Source: a phage. From it: a DNA stretch of 64,000 nucleotides. The translations under genes and the position numbers were made by a program. Below, piece after piece: positions 40,115-48,251 of the stretch. The notes below the pieces were generated by a model. The model was not told the origin of the DNA and searched no databases. It saw only the letters and a program-made list of their open reading frames with translations. Where the stretch lies: assembly GCA_022901335.1 (NCBI GenBank), contig GCA_022901335.1_3641.1, one strand, 5' to 3'. How positions within the stretch are numbered: position 1 is the first letter of the stretch; each line of letters begins with the position of its first letter.

Positions 40115-40615
40115 GTGAAAATTAAGATCTTTGCTATTATTTTGAGCGCATTTTTATCGCTGCCTGTTGTTGCAGCACCAAAACAAAAAGTATATCATAC
40201 TTGCAAGCCCTCAGATACTAAGGAAAACATTTTGGCATGTAATATCTACAGGGAAGCTAGAGGGGATGGCACGATGGGTATGCTGGCATCTGGGTTTGCC
40301 ACATTAAACAGGAAATCTCACCCTAAATACCCAGACACTATAAGAAAGATTGTCTACCAACCTAACCAGTTTTCGTGGACAAACCACGGCAAAACTTTTA
40401 AGGTGACAGAAAAAGATTCATGGGATCACGCTAAAAGTCTTGCAAAGATGCTTCTAAAGGTCTATAATAACAACCATGTTGCATACATGGCTATGGATAT
40501 AACAGGTGGAGCAACACACTACCATACAACCAAAGTACGACCGAAATGGGCAAAAAAGATGCAGAGGACAGCTCAATTCGGGAGCCATATCTACTACAAG
40601 GAGCGCAATAAATGA
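40115..40615 (+). CDS. secreted cell-wall hydrolase, SleB/CwlJ-like (Hydrolase_2 family)
   Basis: GTG start with RBS GGAG; signal peptide MKIKIFAIILSAFLSLPVVAAP; ILACNIYREARGDG...ATLNRKS...VYQPNQFSW. Confidence 0.6.
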   Translation: MKIKIFAIILSAFLSLPVVAAPKQKVYHTCKPSDTKENILACNIYREARGDGTMGMLASGFATLNRKSHPKYPDTIRKIVYQPNQFSWTNHGKTFKVTEKDSWDHAKSLAKMLLKVYNNNHVAYMAMDITGGATHYHTTKVRPKWAKKMQRTAQFGSHIYYKERNK

Positions 40616-42594
40616 TTGTAAACAGTAATGAAACTAAAGCAGTGCTAACCGGAAATATGGAGGTCACCAGGGGCTCAATTTCTCTTAACAAAGAGACTTT
40701 TGGGCTAATCATTAAAGGGATTTACGAAGATAAGGTGCTGGCAAGCTGCCGTGAACCAATCTTCAATGCTGTGGACTCTCATGTTGAGTCTGGACGGGGT
40801 GATGTGCCGATCATTATTCACTCTCCTACAGACCTTGAACCATACTTCTTTGTGCAGGACGTTGGATTGGGCATGTCAGAAGAGATGGTCCGCAACACTT
40901 TCATGAACCTCGGTGAGTCAACCAAGCGCAACAGCAACGCTCTGGTTGGCAATAAAGGTGTTGGTTCAAAGGCTCCGTTCAGCATGGTGGACACTTTCGA
41001 TGTTATCAGTGTGCACAATGGTATTGAAAGCACATATCTATTGTTCTTGGATCAGGGTATCCCAAACGTTACCAAGATCCGCGAGCGGAAGACTGAAGAG
41101 CACAACGGGGTAAAAGTTCAGTTCCATGTTAAGAAAGAGCATGTCCTGAAATATCGCACTGCTATTGCATCGTGCTTACGCTATGCGAAGTTTCCGTTCA
41201 TCGTCACCGATCCCATGACCAGTAAGATGTTAGAAGGTGACAAGGTTGAGGCACAGTATCATTACGAGAAGGATGGCTGGAAAATGACCATCCTGAAAGG
41301 TTATACCAGTTCTGATGAGAGCCGTGTTGTGATGGGTCACCAACCTTACCGCTCCAAGTTCCTGGAGACATTGACCGATTACCCTGCAATCTGCGTGGAA
41401 ATTCCTATTGGGGATTGCAATATTAACCCTGGGCGTGAATGGACCATAGAGGGCCATGACGACGGTGGATTCCAGGATCGCCTGGAGGCATTTGTCAAAG
41501 AAGGTATACGTCTTCGCGGGGCAGAAGTTGTTGCAGAACTGGAGACGGCAAAAACCTCCGCAGAAGCACGTGAAATGATGAAGAATAGTGGAGTGTTCGG
41601 ACACATCTTCGGCAAGAACTTTATGTGGAACCGTTGGGAAGAAACAGGGCTTGGCGACTTAGGCGATTGTGAAATTTTCGCTGGCGGCTTAAATAAAGGC
41701 CGCATAGACTATGCTCGTTACGGAAAGTCGGAGTTCTTACGAGGTGTATACCTTGTATTTAACGACGGAGACGGCAAATATAACCGGAATAAGTGTAACT
41801 ACTTAAGCGAGATCACCGGACGCAACGTTTTCTATTGCCGGAACACGGATCTGGTGAAAGAGTTTAAAGAGGCGGCACACCATCCTTTCTTTGCAGATAC
41901 GGTCAAATTGTTATCGGAGCTTCCACGCCGACCTGCGAAGAAAGGTGAAACCAAAACTCGTTACAAGCCAGGCTACTGGGTTAAGAAGCTTAGAGAGGAT
42001 GGCTACTTCCATCGTGAGCGCCTCACGAAGGCAGAGTTCAAGAAGATTAAGCATTGCATCCCTTATGAGGGGGATATCCAACGGGGAAGCTGCTGGCTGG
42101 GCCAGATGAGTAACATCTACCAGCAAAATTATGACCGTGTGCGTGCTGCACTCCAGATTCCTGAAGGTGAAGATCTGTACCTGGTATCAGAATCTCGTCT
42201 GCTTTGGACTGATCCTGATTGCCAGTATGTTACAGAGAAGAATGTGGAACATTTGTTGAAAGAGGATGCTTGGAAATTCTTACTGACTCGCGCAGCAAAT
42301 GAAACTTCATATGACAGCCTGTATAGACAATTAGGGAAAATTATCCCCATGCAGGATTTTGGAAATTATCGGCCACATTTCCACAAGTGGGAAGGTAACA
42401 CCGCGTGGAAGCACAGTGAGCTAAATCATCGTGCCAAAATCTTAATCGCCAACCGGGTTAAGTGCGGGAAGGCCTATATTGCAAGATTGGAAAAGAAATA
42501 TCCACTTTTGAAGCATGTGGGCTTGAAATATTGGGACACTCCTGCTATGATTGAATACCGTGAACTGATCGATACAAAGAATAACATCAAATAA
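40612..42594 (+). CDS. rIIA: rIIA-like protein (GHKL ATPase fold)
   Basis: N box REPIFNAVDS, G1 VQDVGLGMS, G2 VGNKGVGSKAPFSMVDTFDVISVHNG align with T4 rIIA N-terminus. Confidence 0.75.
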   Translation: MIVNSNETKAVLTGNMEVTRGSISLNKETFGLIIKGIYEDKVLASCREPIFNAVDSHVESGRGDVPIIIHSPTDLEPYFFVQDVGLGMSEEMVRNTFMNLGESTKRNSNALVGNKGVGSKAPFSMVDTFDVISVHNGIESTYLLFLDQGIPNVTKIRERKTEEHNGVKVQFHVKKEHVLKYRTAIASCLRYAKFPFIVTDPMTSKMLEGDKVEAQYHYEKDGWKMTILKGYTSSDESRVVMGHQPYRSKFLETLTDYPAICVEIPIGDCNINPGREWTIEGHDDGGFQDRLEAFVKEGIRLRGAEVVAELETAKTSAEAREMMKNSGVFGHIFGKNFMWNRWEETGLGDLGDCEIFAGGLNKGRIDYARYGKSEFLRGVYLVFNDGDGKYNRNKCNYLSEITGRNVFYCRNTDLVKEFKEAAHHPFFADTVKLLSELPRRPAKKGETKTRYKPGYWVKKLREDGYFHRERLTKAEFKKIKHCIPYEGDIQRGSCWLGQMSNIYQQNYDRVRAALQIPEGEDLYLVSESRLLWTDPDCQYVTEKNVEHLLKEDAWKFLLTRAANETSYDSLYRQLGKIIPMQDFGNYRPHFHKWEGNTAWKHSELNHRAKILIANRVKCGKAYIARLEKKYPLLKHVGLKYWDTPAMIEYRELIDTKNNIK

Positions 42595-42604
42595 GGAGAC
42601 CAAG

Positions 42605-43810
42605 ATGATTTTCATCTACGAACATTTCAAAACCCGTAAAGAAGCACGAGACCGCCGTGCAGAACTTGAGAAGAAGGGTTTCACATGTGCCATTGAGAAA
42701 GGCGACACAACCTGGACACTGGCAGTTGGTGCCCCAGAGTTGTTCGATCCTGACCGTGACAGCGTCTGCTACACCCGTGAGGATTTTGAAACCCGCGAAG
42801 AGGCCCGTTTATTTCGATACGGTCTGGAAGATAACGGTAAGTACGCTATGATCTTAGATTTAGGCGAAGGTTCCGTTAAACGTTGGGGCGTGGTATACCC
42901 ACTGTGTGTTGTTCACGGTGTGGGGTTCACTGGGGTAGCAATCAAGTCAGAAGAACCTTTAGTAGAAGTCAAAGATCCGGTGCTGGAGGTGGTGAGCAGT
43001 GTGTCTCAGCAACAGACTCGAAGCATCGAGCCTTTGGTAGTTATTTGTGGTGAACTCCTCCAGATCACCTGCAACGAAGGCATTTTTGAAATTCGCCGCA
43101 GCGAAAGTGAGGAAGTTTACCAGAAAGTCTTCGACCATATCTCTGTTCAGGAATATGATGAGGCAATTGGTGAAATCCTTGTCTGGCTGGAACGCAAGAA
43201 TGAGTTCACCACACTTGCAGACAACCTGATCATGAAAGATGGTAAGCTCTACTACTACGGTGTAGAGATGCGATCCACCATTGCAAAGAAAATTGAGAAA
43301 GATTATGCAGACGGAACGCTGGATGACCGCTATGTGAAATTCCTCGTTCGCCTGCTACGCAATCCTTCTGCAAAATCTGTAAACATGCTCTACGATTTTA
43401 TGCAGGCCAACGATATCCAGATTGCAGAAGATGGTCGAATCATTTGCTACAAAGGGGTTCAGTTTAACGGCAGCAAGTGGGTGGATTGGCACAGTGGTAA
43501 AGTTCCACAATACCAGGGTGCTTTTGTATCCATGCCTCGTAACTTTGTAGAGGATGATCCGGAAGCTGCGTGCTCCTATGGCTTACACTGCGCCAGCAAA
43601 GAGTATGCAAAGAGCTACGGCACTGTAATGACTGTTATGGTTGATCCTGCAGATGTGGTTAGTGTGCCATACCAACACAATAGCGCTAAGTGCCGTGCAT
43701 GCCGCTATGAGATTGTGGTAGCTCCGGAAGCACGCAAAGATGGAGACCCTATTGAATATGTAGTTGATCGTGACGGTAACACTATCGACATTCTTTACGA
43801 GGAGGCGTAA
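42605..43810 (+). CDS. rIIB: rIIB-like protein
   Basis: C-terminal LYDFMQANDIQIAEDG...SYGLHCASKEY...VMVDPADVVSVPY...CRACRYEIV parallels T4 rIIB; adjacent to rIIA. Confidence 0.7.
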   Translation: MIFIYEHFKTRKEARDRRAELEKKGFTCAIEKGDTTWTLAVGAPELFDPDRDSVCYTREDFETREEARLFRYGLEDNGKYAMILDLGEGSVKRWGVVYPLCVVHGVGFTGVAIKSEEPLVEVKDPVLEVVSSVSQQQTRSIEPLVVICGELLQITCNEGIFEIRRSESEEVYQKVFDHISVQEYDEAIGEILVWLERKNEFTTLADNLIMKDGKLYYYGVEMRSTIAKKIEKDYADGTLDDRYVKFLVRLLRNPSAKSVNMLYDFMQANDIQIAEDGRIICYKGVQFNGSKWVDWHSGKVPQYQGAFVSMPRNFVEDDPEAACSYGLHCASKEYAKSYGTVMTVMVDPADVVSVPYQHNSAKCRACRYEIVVAPEARKDGDPIEYVVDRDGNTIDILYEEA

Positions 43811-45180
43811 TGGAAAAAGGGCAGTATGATGTAGGCACAGATGCTGCCCTCGTTGCAATCATGAGCGGTGAGAATGTCTTCGTTTCAGGACCCGCAGGTT
43901 GTGGGAAGACGTACCTCATCAACATGATCCAGTCAATGTATGGAGACTCTTGCATAACGGTTGCCCCGACAGGGGTAGCCGCTTTAAACGTTAATGGAGC
44001 AACAGCACACCGAACCTTCGATCTTGCAGCAGGTGTGAGCATGGAGTCAGACTGGACCGCAATAAGGGCAAAAACAGCAAAGCCTTTGAAAAGCAAGGCA
44101 TTTACCATCCTAATTATCGATGAAATCTCTATGATCCGTGCTGATAAGTTTATAGAGATGGATAGGAAACTCCGCTTCCTTCGAAAAAATGACAAACCTT
44201 TCGGAGGCATACAGGTCATATTGTTTGGCGATTTTTACCAGGCACCTCCTGTTGTCTCTTCTATGGAGAAGGAAGCCTACTTCAACTTCTACCATACGGA
44301 CCTGTGTTGCTACACCGAATCTTGGAAAGAACTTGACCTCCACAACATAGCTCTAATAGATCAGTTCCGACAGGAGTCTATTCGATTTGCCACAATGCTC
44401 AACTGTGTTCGTGAGGGTCGTCGCATAAAAGAGGTTGTAGCAGAACTTAATGCTCGCTGTTACAAAGGCGGTGTACCAACAGACGCTCTCACAATTTGCG
44501 CCACCAACAAACAAGCGGAGGAAGTGAACAGAAGGTTCTATGATGCCATCAACGCCCCAGAGAAGGTATACACTGGTGAAATGAAAGGTAAGTTTCCCTC
44601 CACCCTGCCAGTTGAGCAGGAGATGAAGTTGAAAATTGGCATGAAGGTTATGATAACCGCCAACGATGTTGACCCGACGCACAAAGTACCTTATTATGTT
44701 AACGGAACACGTGCCACGATTGTTAAATTTAAGAACAAGGCGGTGGTGGTGGAGCTTGAAGATGGAACACAGGTTGACATAGAGCAAAGGTTGTGGGAGA
44801 ATAACGAGTATAAGCCATCTCAAAGATACAACATTGCAGAAAGGAAGATGGAGAAGTTTATAGAGAGGGTAGTGATTGGATCATACAGGCAACTTCCTCT
44901 GAAATCTGGGTACGCCGTAACATCTCATAAAAGTCAAGGACTTACGCTAGATTGTTACAACCTGGACCTTGGAAAGAACGGAGCTTTCTCTCCTGGGATG
45001 ACGTATGTTGCTTTGAGTCGAGTTAAGACAATACAAGGAATAAACTTGTTGCGTCCACTAAGAGAAGTTGACATTATTGTTGACCCGCGAGTCGTAGAGT
45101 TTTACAATACAACATTCCCTGACTTAGACAAAATTGTCAGGAAAGATTTTGAAACCAGAGCAGAAGAGGGGGACGTATGA
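43810..45180 (+). CDS. Dda/Pif1-like SF1 DNA helicase
   Basis: Walker A SGPAGCGKTY, motif Ia TVAPTGVAA, motif II LIIDEISM, GDFYQAPPV, motif VI TSHKSQGLTLD. Confidence 0.75.
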   Translation: MEKGQYDVGTDAALVAIMSGENVFVSGPAGCGKTYLINMIQSMYGDSCITVAPTGVAALNVNGATAHRTFDLAAGVSMESDWTAIRAKTAKPLKSKAFTILIIDEISMIRADKFIEMDRKLRFLRKNDKPFGGIQVILFGDFYQAPPVVSSMEKEAYFNFYHTDLCCYTESWKELDLHNIALIDQFRQESIRFATMLNCVREGRRIKEVVAELNARCYKGGVPTDALTICATNKQAEEVNRRFYDAINAPEKVYTGEMKGKFPSTLPVEQEMKLKIGMKVMITANDVDPTHKVPYYVNGTRATIVKFKNKAVVVELEDGTQVDIEQRLWENNEYKPSQRYNIAERKMEKFIERVVIGSYRQLPLKSGYAVTSHKSQGLTLDCYNLDLGKNGAFSPGMTYVALSRVKTIQGINLLRPLREVDIIVDPRVVEFYNTTFPDLDKIVRKDFETRAEEGDV

Positions 45181-45518
45181 GTTTGTGGAGAAATATAGTT
45201 AACTACGTGTGTGGCAATCCAACTCCTGAAGAGAAGGATGTTGTGATTCACGATTTTACTAAAAGATCTCGTGAAAAAGACCTGCTGCTAACAAAGGTGG
45301 TTGATAAAGATCCTGCAGTCGGGGACTGGGCAGGTTTTGCGTTTACATCGGACAAATACACCTTTAACAAAGGTGACTATCTTGTTGTAGATTTTAACGA
45401 AGACATTGAGGGTGCTGAACCTTACTATCAGACCCTTATTATTGCAGGGTGCGTTGATCTCTCTGCAGGAATGCACAGTTTGATTCTTTTTGAGCTTGAC
45501 TCTGAAGACCTTCAGTAG
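45177..45518 (+). CDS. hypothetical protein
   Basis: 113 aa, overlap-coupled. Confidence 0.5.
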   Translation: MSLWRNIVNYVCGNPTPEEKDVVIHDFTKRSREKDLLLTKVVDKDPAVGDWAGFAFTSDKYTFNKGDYLVVDFNEDIEGAEPYYQTLIIAGCVDLSAGMHSLILFELDSEDLQ

Positions 45519-45578
45519 TAAGATGTTAGTCTAAAGGGGAGGCACTCCTCCCCACAAAAACTAAGGAAGCACTAAACG

Positions 45579-45881
45579 ATGAAACGTTATAAACCATACA
45601 CTTTTGAAATCGATTTCGAACTTGACGATATGTTTACTGTGGAAGCTCAAGCAGTTGTCCAGTTGCCAGACTCGGAGTGCCGTGACTCTGATGTTGACTA
45701 TTACGGATTTAGACAAATTACCGATGTGCGTGTTTACCACAACGGTGAAGAGGTGGACTTCCACCAACTACCAAACGATATGCGCCACTTAATTTACAAA
45801 CGTGCAGCCCGTGAACTAGAGTCCTATCTGGATGCAGCGACGACAGCAGCTGCATTTGCTGAAGAAGTTGGAGGTTTCTGA
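45579..45881 (+). CDS. hypothetical protein
   Basis: 100-aa ORF. Confidence 0.5.
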   Translation: MKRYKPYTFEIDFELDDMFTVEAQAVVQLPDSECRDSDVDYYGFRQITDVRVYHNGEEVDFHQLPNDMRHLIYKRAARELESYLDAATTAAAFAEEVGGF

Positions 45882-46276
45882 TGATTACAGGTGTGAAGAT
45901 TATCCAATACCACTTAACCAAATTGGAAGATGCTGAAAAAGAGCTTGCAGAAGTTCTGAATAGTGGATATACTTTGCTATCATGCGCCTGCTCAGATACC
46001 TACGCTGTGTGGACACTTACCCGGAAGGAAGAGCCTGCATGGGTCTTGGTGCCAAACCCTAAGATTATTAGTGAGGTGGATGACTACCCTCAGGACGGTC
46101 TGCCAGAAGACTGGGTAGTATGGGAAGGTGGTGAAAACCCTGCACCAGGTAAGTGGGTAAAATATAAACTACGTAGTGGTGCACAGTACGCTGACTACTC
46201 TGATAACCTAGACTGGAGTCATTCTTCACTAGGATCGTCTGCAAGTTCATATGATATCGTTGCTTTTCAGGAATAA
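45881..46276 (+). CDS. hypothetical protein
   Basis: 131 aa, ATGA overlap. Confidence 0.5.
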   Translation: MITGVKIIQYHLTKLEDAEKELAEVLNSGYTLLSCACSDTYAVWTLTRKEEPAWVLVPNPKIISEVDDYPQDGLPEDWVVWEGGENPAPGKWVKYKLRSGAQYADYSDNLDWSHSSLGSSASSYDIVAFQE

Positions 46277-46288
46277 GGAGAAGGTGGT

Positions 46289-46771
46289 ATGTCAGATTTT
46301 ATGTGGAAAGTTGGTTATTCCTCCCCTGAAATGTGTAAAGCCTGTTTTGTGAAAATAGGTCGCGAAGATATCGACAAAGTGATCCTTAAGTTTCGTGATG
46401 TGGCTGTGATCGGCAACCGAGTGCTTAAGCACTTAAAGAATCTGAAGCTCACCAAAAAGAAATTCTTCGGACTTTTCGAAGAGAAAGTTGATGCTTGGAC
46501 CCATTGCATTCAGGAAGCTAAATCTCACTACAGTGCCATCATTACCCCAGAACGGGTAGCCAAGATGGAAGGATTCATCAACAGCACAGAGTTTGAGTGC
46601 CTGAAAGCTGCACTTGATAGTTATCCGAAATGCCTCAAGCACTTGGACAAGTATGTAGAAAAGGATGGGGAAATGTATCTAACCCTGGACGCATATTATG
46701 AGATGCAAGAAATTTTAAATTTAGATTTGACATTGGTATCCACCGAGTATACAATAGGTATCCGGGTTTAA
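46289..46771 (+). CDS. hypothetical protein
   Basis: 160 aa, RBS AAGGAGAAGG. Confidence 0.5.
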   Translation: MSDFMWKVGYSSPEMCKACFVKIGREDIDKVILKFRDVAVIGNRVLKHLKNLKLTKKKFFGLFEEKVDAWTHCIQEAKSHYSAIITPERVAKMEGFINSTEFECLKAALDSYPKCLKHLDKYVEKDGEMYLTLDAYYEMQEILNLDLTLVSTEYTIGIRV

Positions 46772-46777
46772 CACTAG

Positions 46778-46806
46778 GCCCTGCCCGAAAGGGTGGGGCT
46801 TTTTGC
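46778..46806 (+). terminator. rho-independent terminator (GCCCTGCCC-GAAA-GGGTGGGGC + T-run), copy 1
   Basis: 9-bp stem with 2 G-U pairs, GAAA loop, TTTTT; identical hairpin at 58545. Confidence 0.55.
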
Positions 46807-46822
46807 ATTAGGAGACAGCAAA

Positions 46823-47587
46823 TTGAAATTTATCTACAAAGAACACTACCACAAAGGTGTTGTGTGGAGTCTGTTTGACGGGTCTGGTGGTGCAGTCATT
46901 GACTGGGCAAAAGCTGGGTACCTGTGCCTGTGCTTTAATGCAGAAGGTGCTGATCACGGCAGTTATGCAGAGGTGATAACCGATCATCCCAACATTCACT
47001 ATGTGGATTATTGGATTGACCCATGGTTCCCTCAGGAAACTTTTTGCATGTACCCAGCTCCAGACTTTATTCTTGCATTTCCTCCGTGCACGCATTTAGC
47101 GGTATCAGGTGCTGCACATTTTAAGAAAAAGCTGGCTAAGGATCCTTTGATCCAAATTAATGCTGTAAAGGATGCTCGGGTTGCGGAAGAACTGGGAGAG
47201 ATTTACGATTGCCCGTGGCATGTAGAGAATCCTGTTGGTGTTATGTCCACACTGTGGCGCAAACCTGATTACCGTTTTCATCCTTCTGACTATGGCGGGT
47301 ATTTACCGGAGGATGATGTAAACCCCTGGTTTCCTGAATTTATAGCTCCACGTGATGCCTATCCAAAAATAACTTGCGGCTGGATAGGTAATGGATTTAT
47401 AATCCCGGCCACAAAACCTGTCCCGCAAATAGTTGACGCGGTTAGCGGGTATTCCATGCAACACGCCAAGCTGGGCGGAAAGAGTGCAAGAACGAAGATG
47501 ATCCGAAGCCTCACACCACGTGGCTGGGCAAAAGCCGTATTCTTAGCAAACGAGCCTGCAGTAAGGAGAAGGGCAAATGGTTGTTGA
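46823..47587 (+). CDS. short C5-cytosine-methyltransferase-like protein
   Basis: TTG start after RBS AGGAGA; motif I-like LFDGSGG, PC motif FPPC, ENV-like ENPVG; lacks a recognisable target-recognition domain. Confidence 0.4.
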   Translation: MKFIYKEHYHKGVVWSLFDGSGGAVIDWAKAGYLCLCFNAEGADHGSYAEVITDHPNIHYVDYWIDPWFPQETFCMYPAPDFILAFPPCTHLAVSGAAHFKKKLAKDPLIQINAVKDARVAEELGEIYDCPWHVENPVGVMSTLWRKPDYRFHPSDYGGYLPEDDVNPWFPEFIAPRDAYPKITCGWIGNGFIIPATKPVPQIVDAVSGYSMQHAKLGGKSARTKMIRSLTPRGWAKAVFLANEPAVRRRANGC

Positions 47588-48251
47588 CTGGAGCAAGTAT
47601 TTCACCTATAGCGACGGCAAACTGTTCTGGGCGTATACCGCAAAAGCCGGAAGGGGTAGGATCATACATTACGCAGGTGAGGAGGCCACAGGCACAGATA
47701 AAGATGGCTATAGAGTAATAAATGTGTCAGGTGTTGGAAGTGTTCGTAGGCACAGAATAATTTGGGAGATGCATTACGGAGAGATACCTGAAGGTCTTGT
47801 TGTTCGGCACAAGAACGACATAGCAGGGGACGACAGGATAGAGAACCTAATCCTGGGGACACAAGGTGATAATGCACGAGACATGATCTACAGTGACAAG
47901 CTAAACATTAACAATACCTCAGGGTATCGTGGCGTGCGCTATCATAGAGGTATAAAAAGATGGACTGCATCTGCTGGAGACATATACTTAGGGTGTTTTA
48001 AGACAAAAGAGGATGCAATTGCATGCAGAAAGTTATGGGAGAAAGGAAAATTCGTCCCGCAAGAATTAGATGTTAGAAACACTAGCGGTGTAACAGGGGT
48101 GTTCTATGTGCCGAGCTCTGGAAGGTGGAGAGTCCGAGTGCAAAGCGGCAAAAAGAGAAAGAGCTATGGCACTTACAACACTTTAGAAGAAGCAAAAGCT
48201 GTAAGGGATAAGGTGATGAAAGAGATTGAGGAGTTTAAAGATGGGGAATAA
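47577..48251 (+). CDS. HNH homing endonuclease with two AP2 DNA-binding domains
   Basis: HNH_3 motif HRIIWEMHYGEIPEGLVVRHKNDIAGDDRIENLILGTQGDN; AP2-like SGYRGVRYH...W and SGVTGVFY...GRWRVRV...YGTYNTLEEA. Confidence 0.7.
   Translation: MVVDWSKYFTYSDGKLFWAYTAKAGRGRIIHYAGEEATGTDKDGYRVINVSGVGSVRRHRIIWEMHYGEIPEGLVVRHKNDIAGDDRIENLILGTQGDNARDMIYSDKLNINNTSGYRGVRYHRGIKRWTASAGDIYLGCFKTKEDAIACRKLWEKGKFVPQELDVRNTSGVTGVFYVPSSGRWRVRVQSGKKRKSYGTYNTLEEAKAVRDKVMKEIEEFKDGE

Noticed and set aside
45536-45553. GGGGAGG-CACT-CCTCCCC hairpin considered as a terminator
   Set aside because: Perfect 7-bp stem but followed by A-rich rather than U-rich sequence on the coding strand; may be an RNA stability or processing element, not a classical intrinsic terminator.
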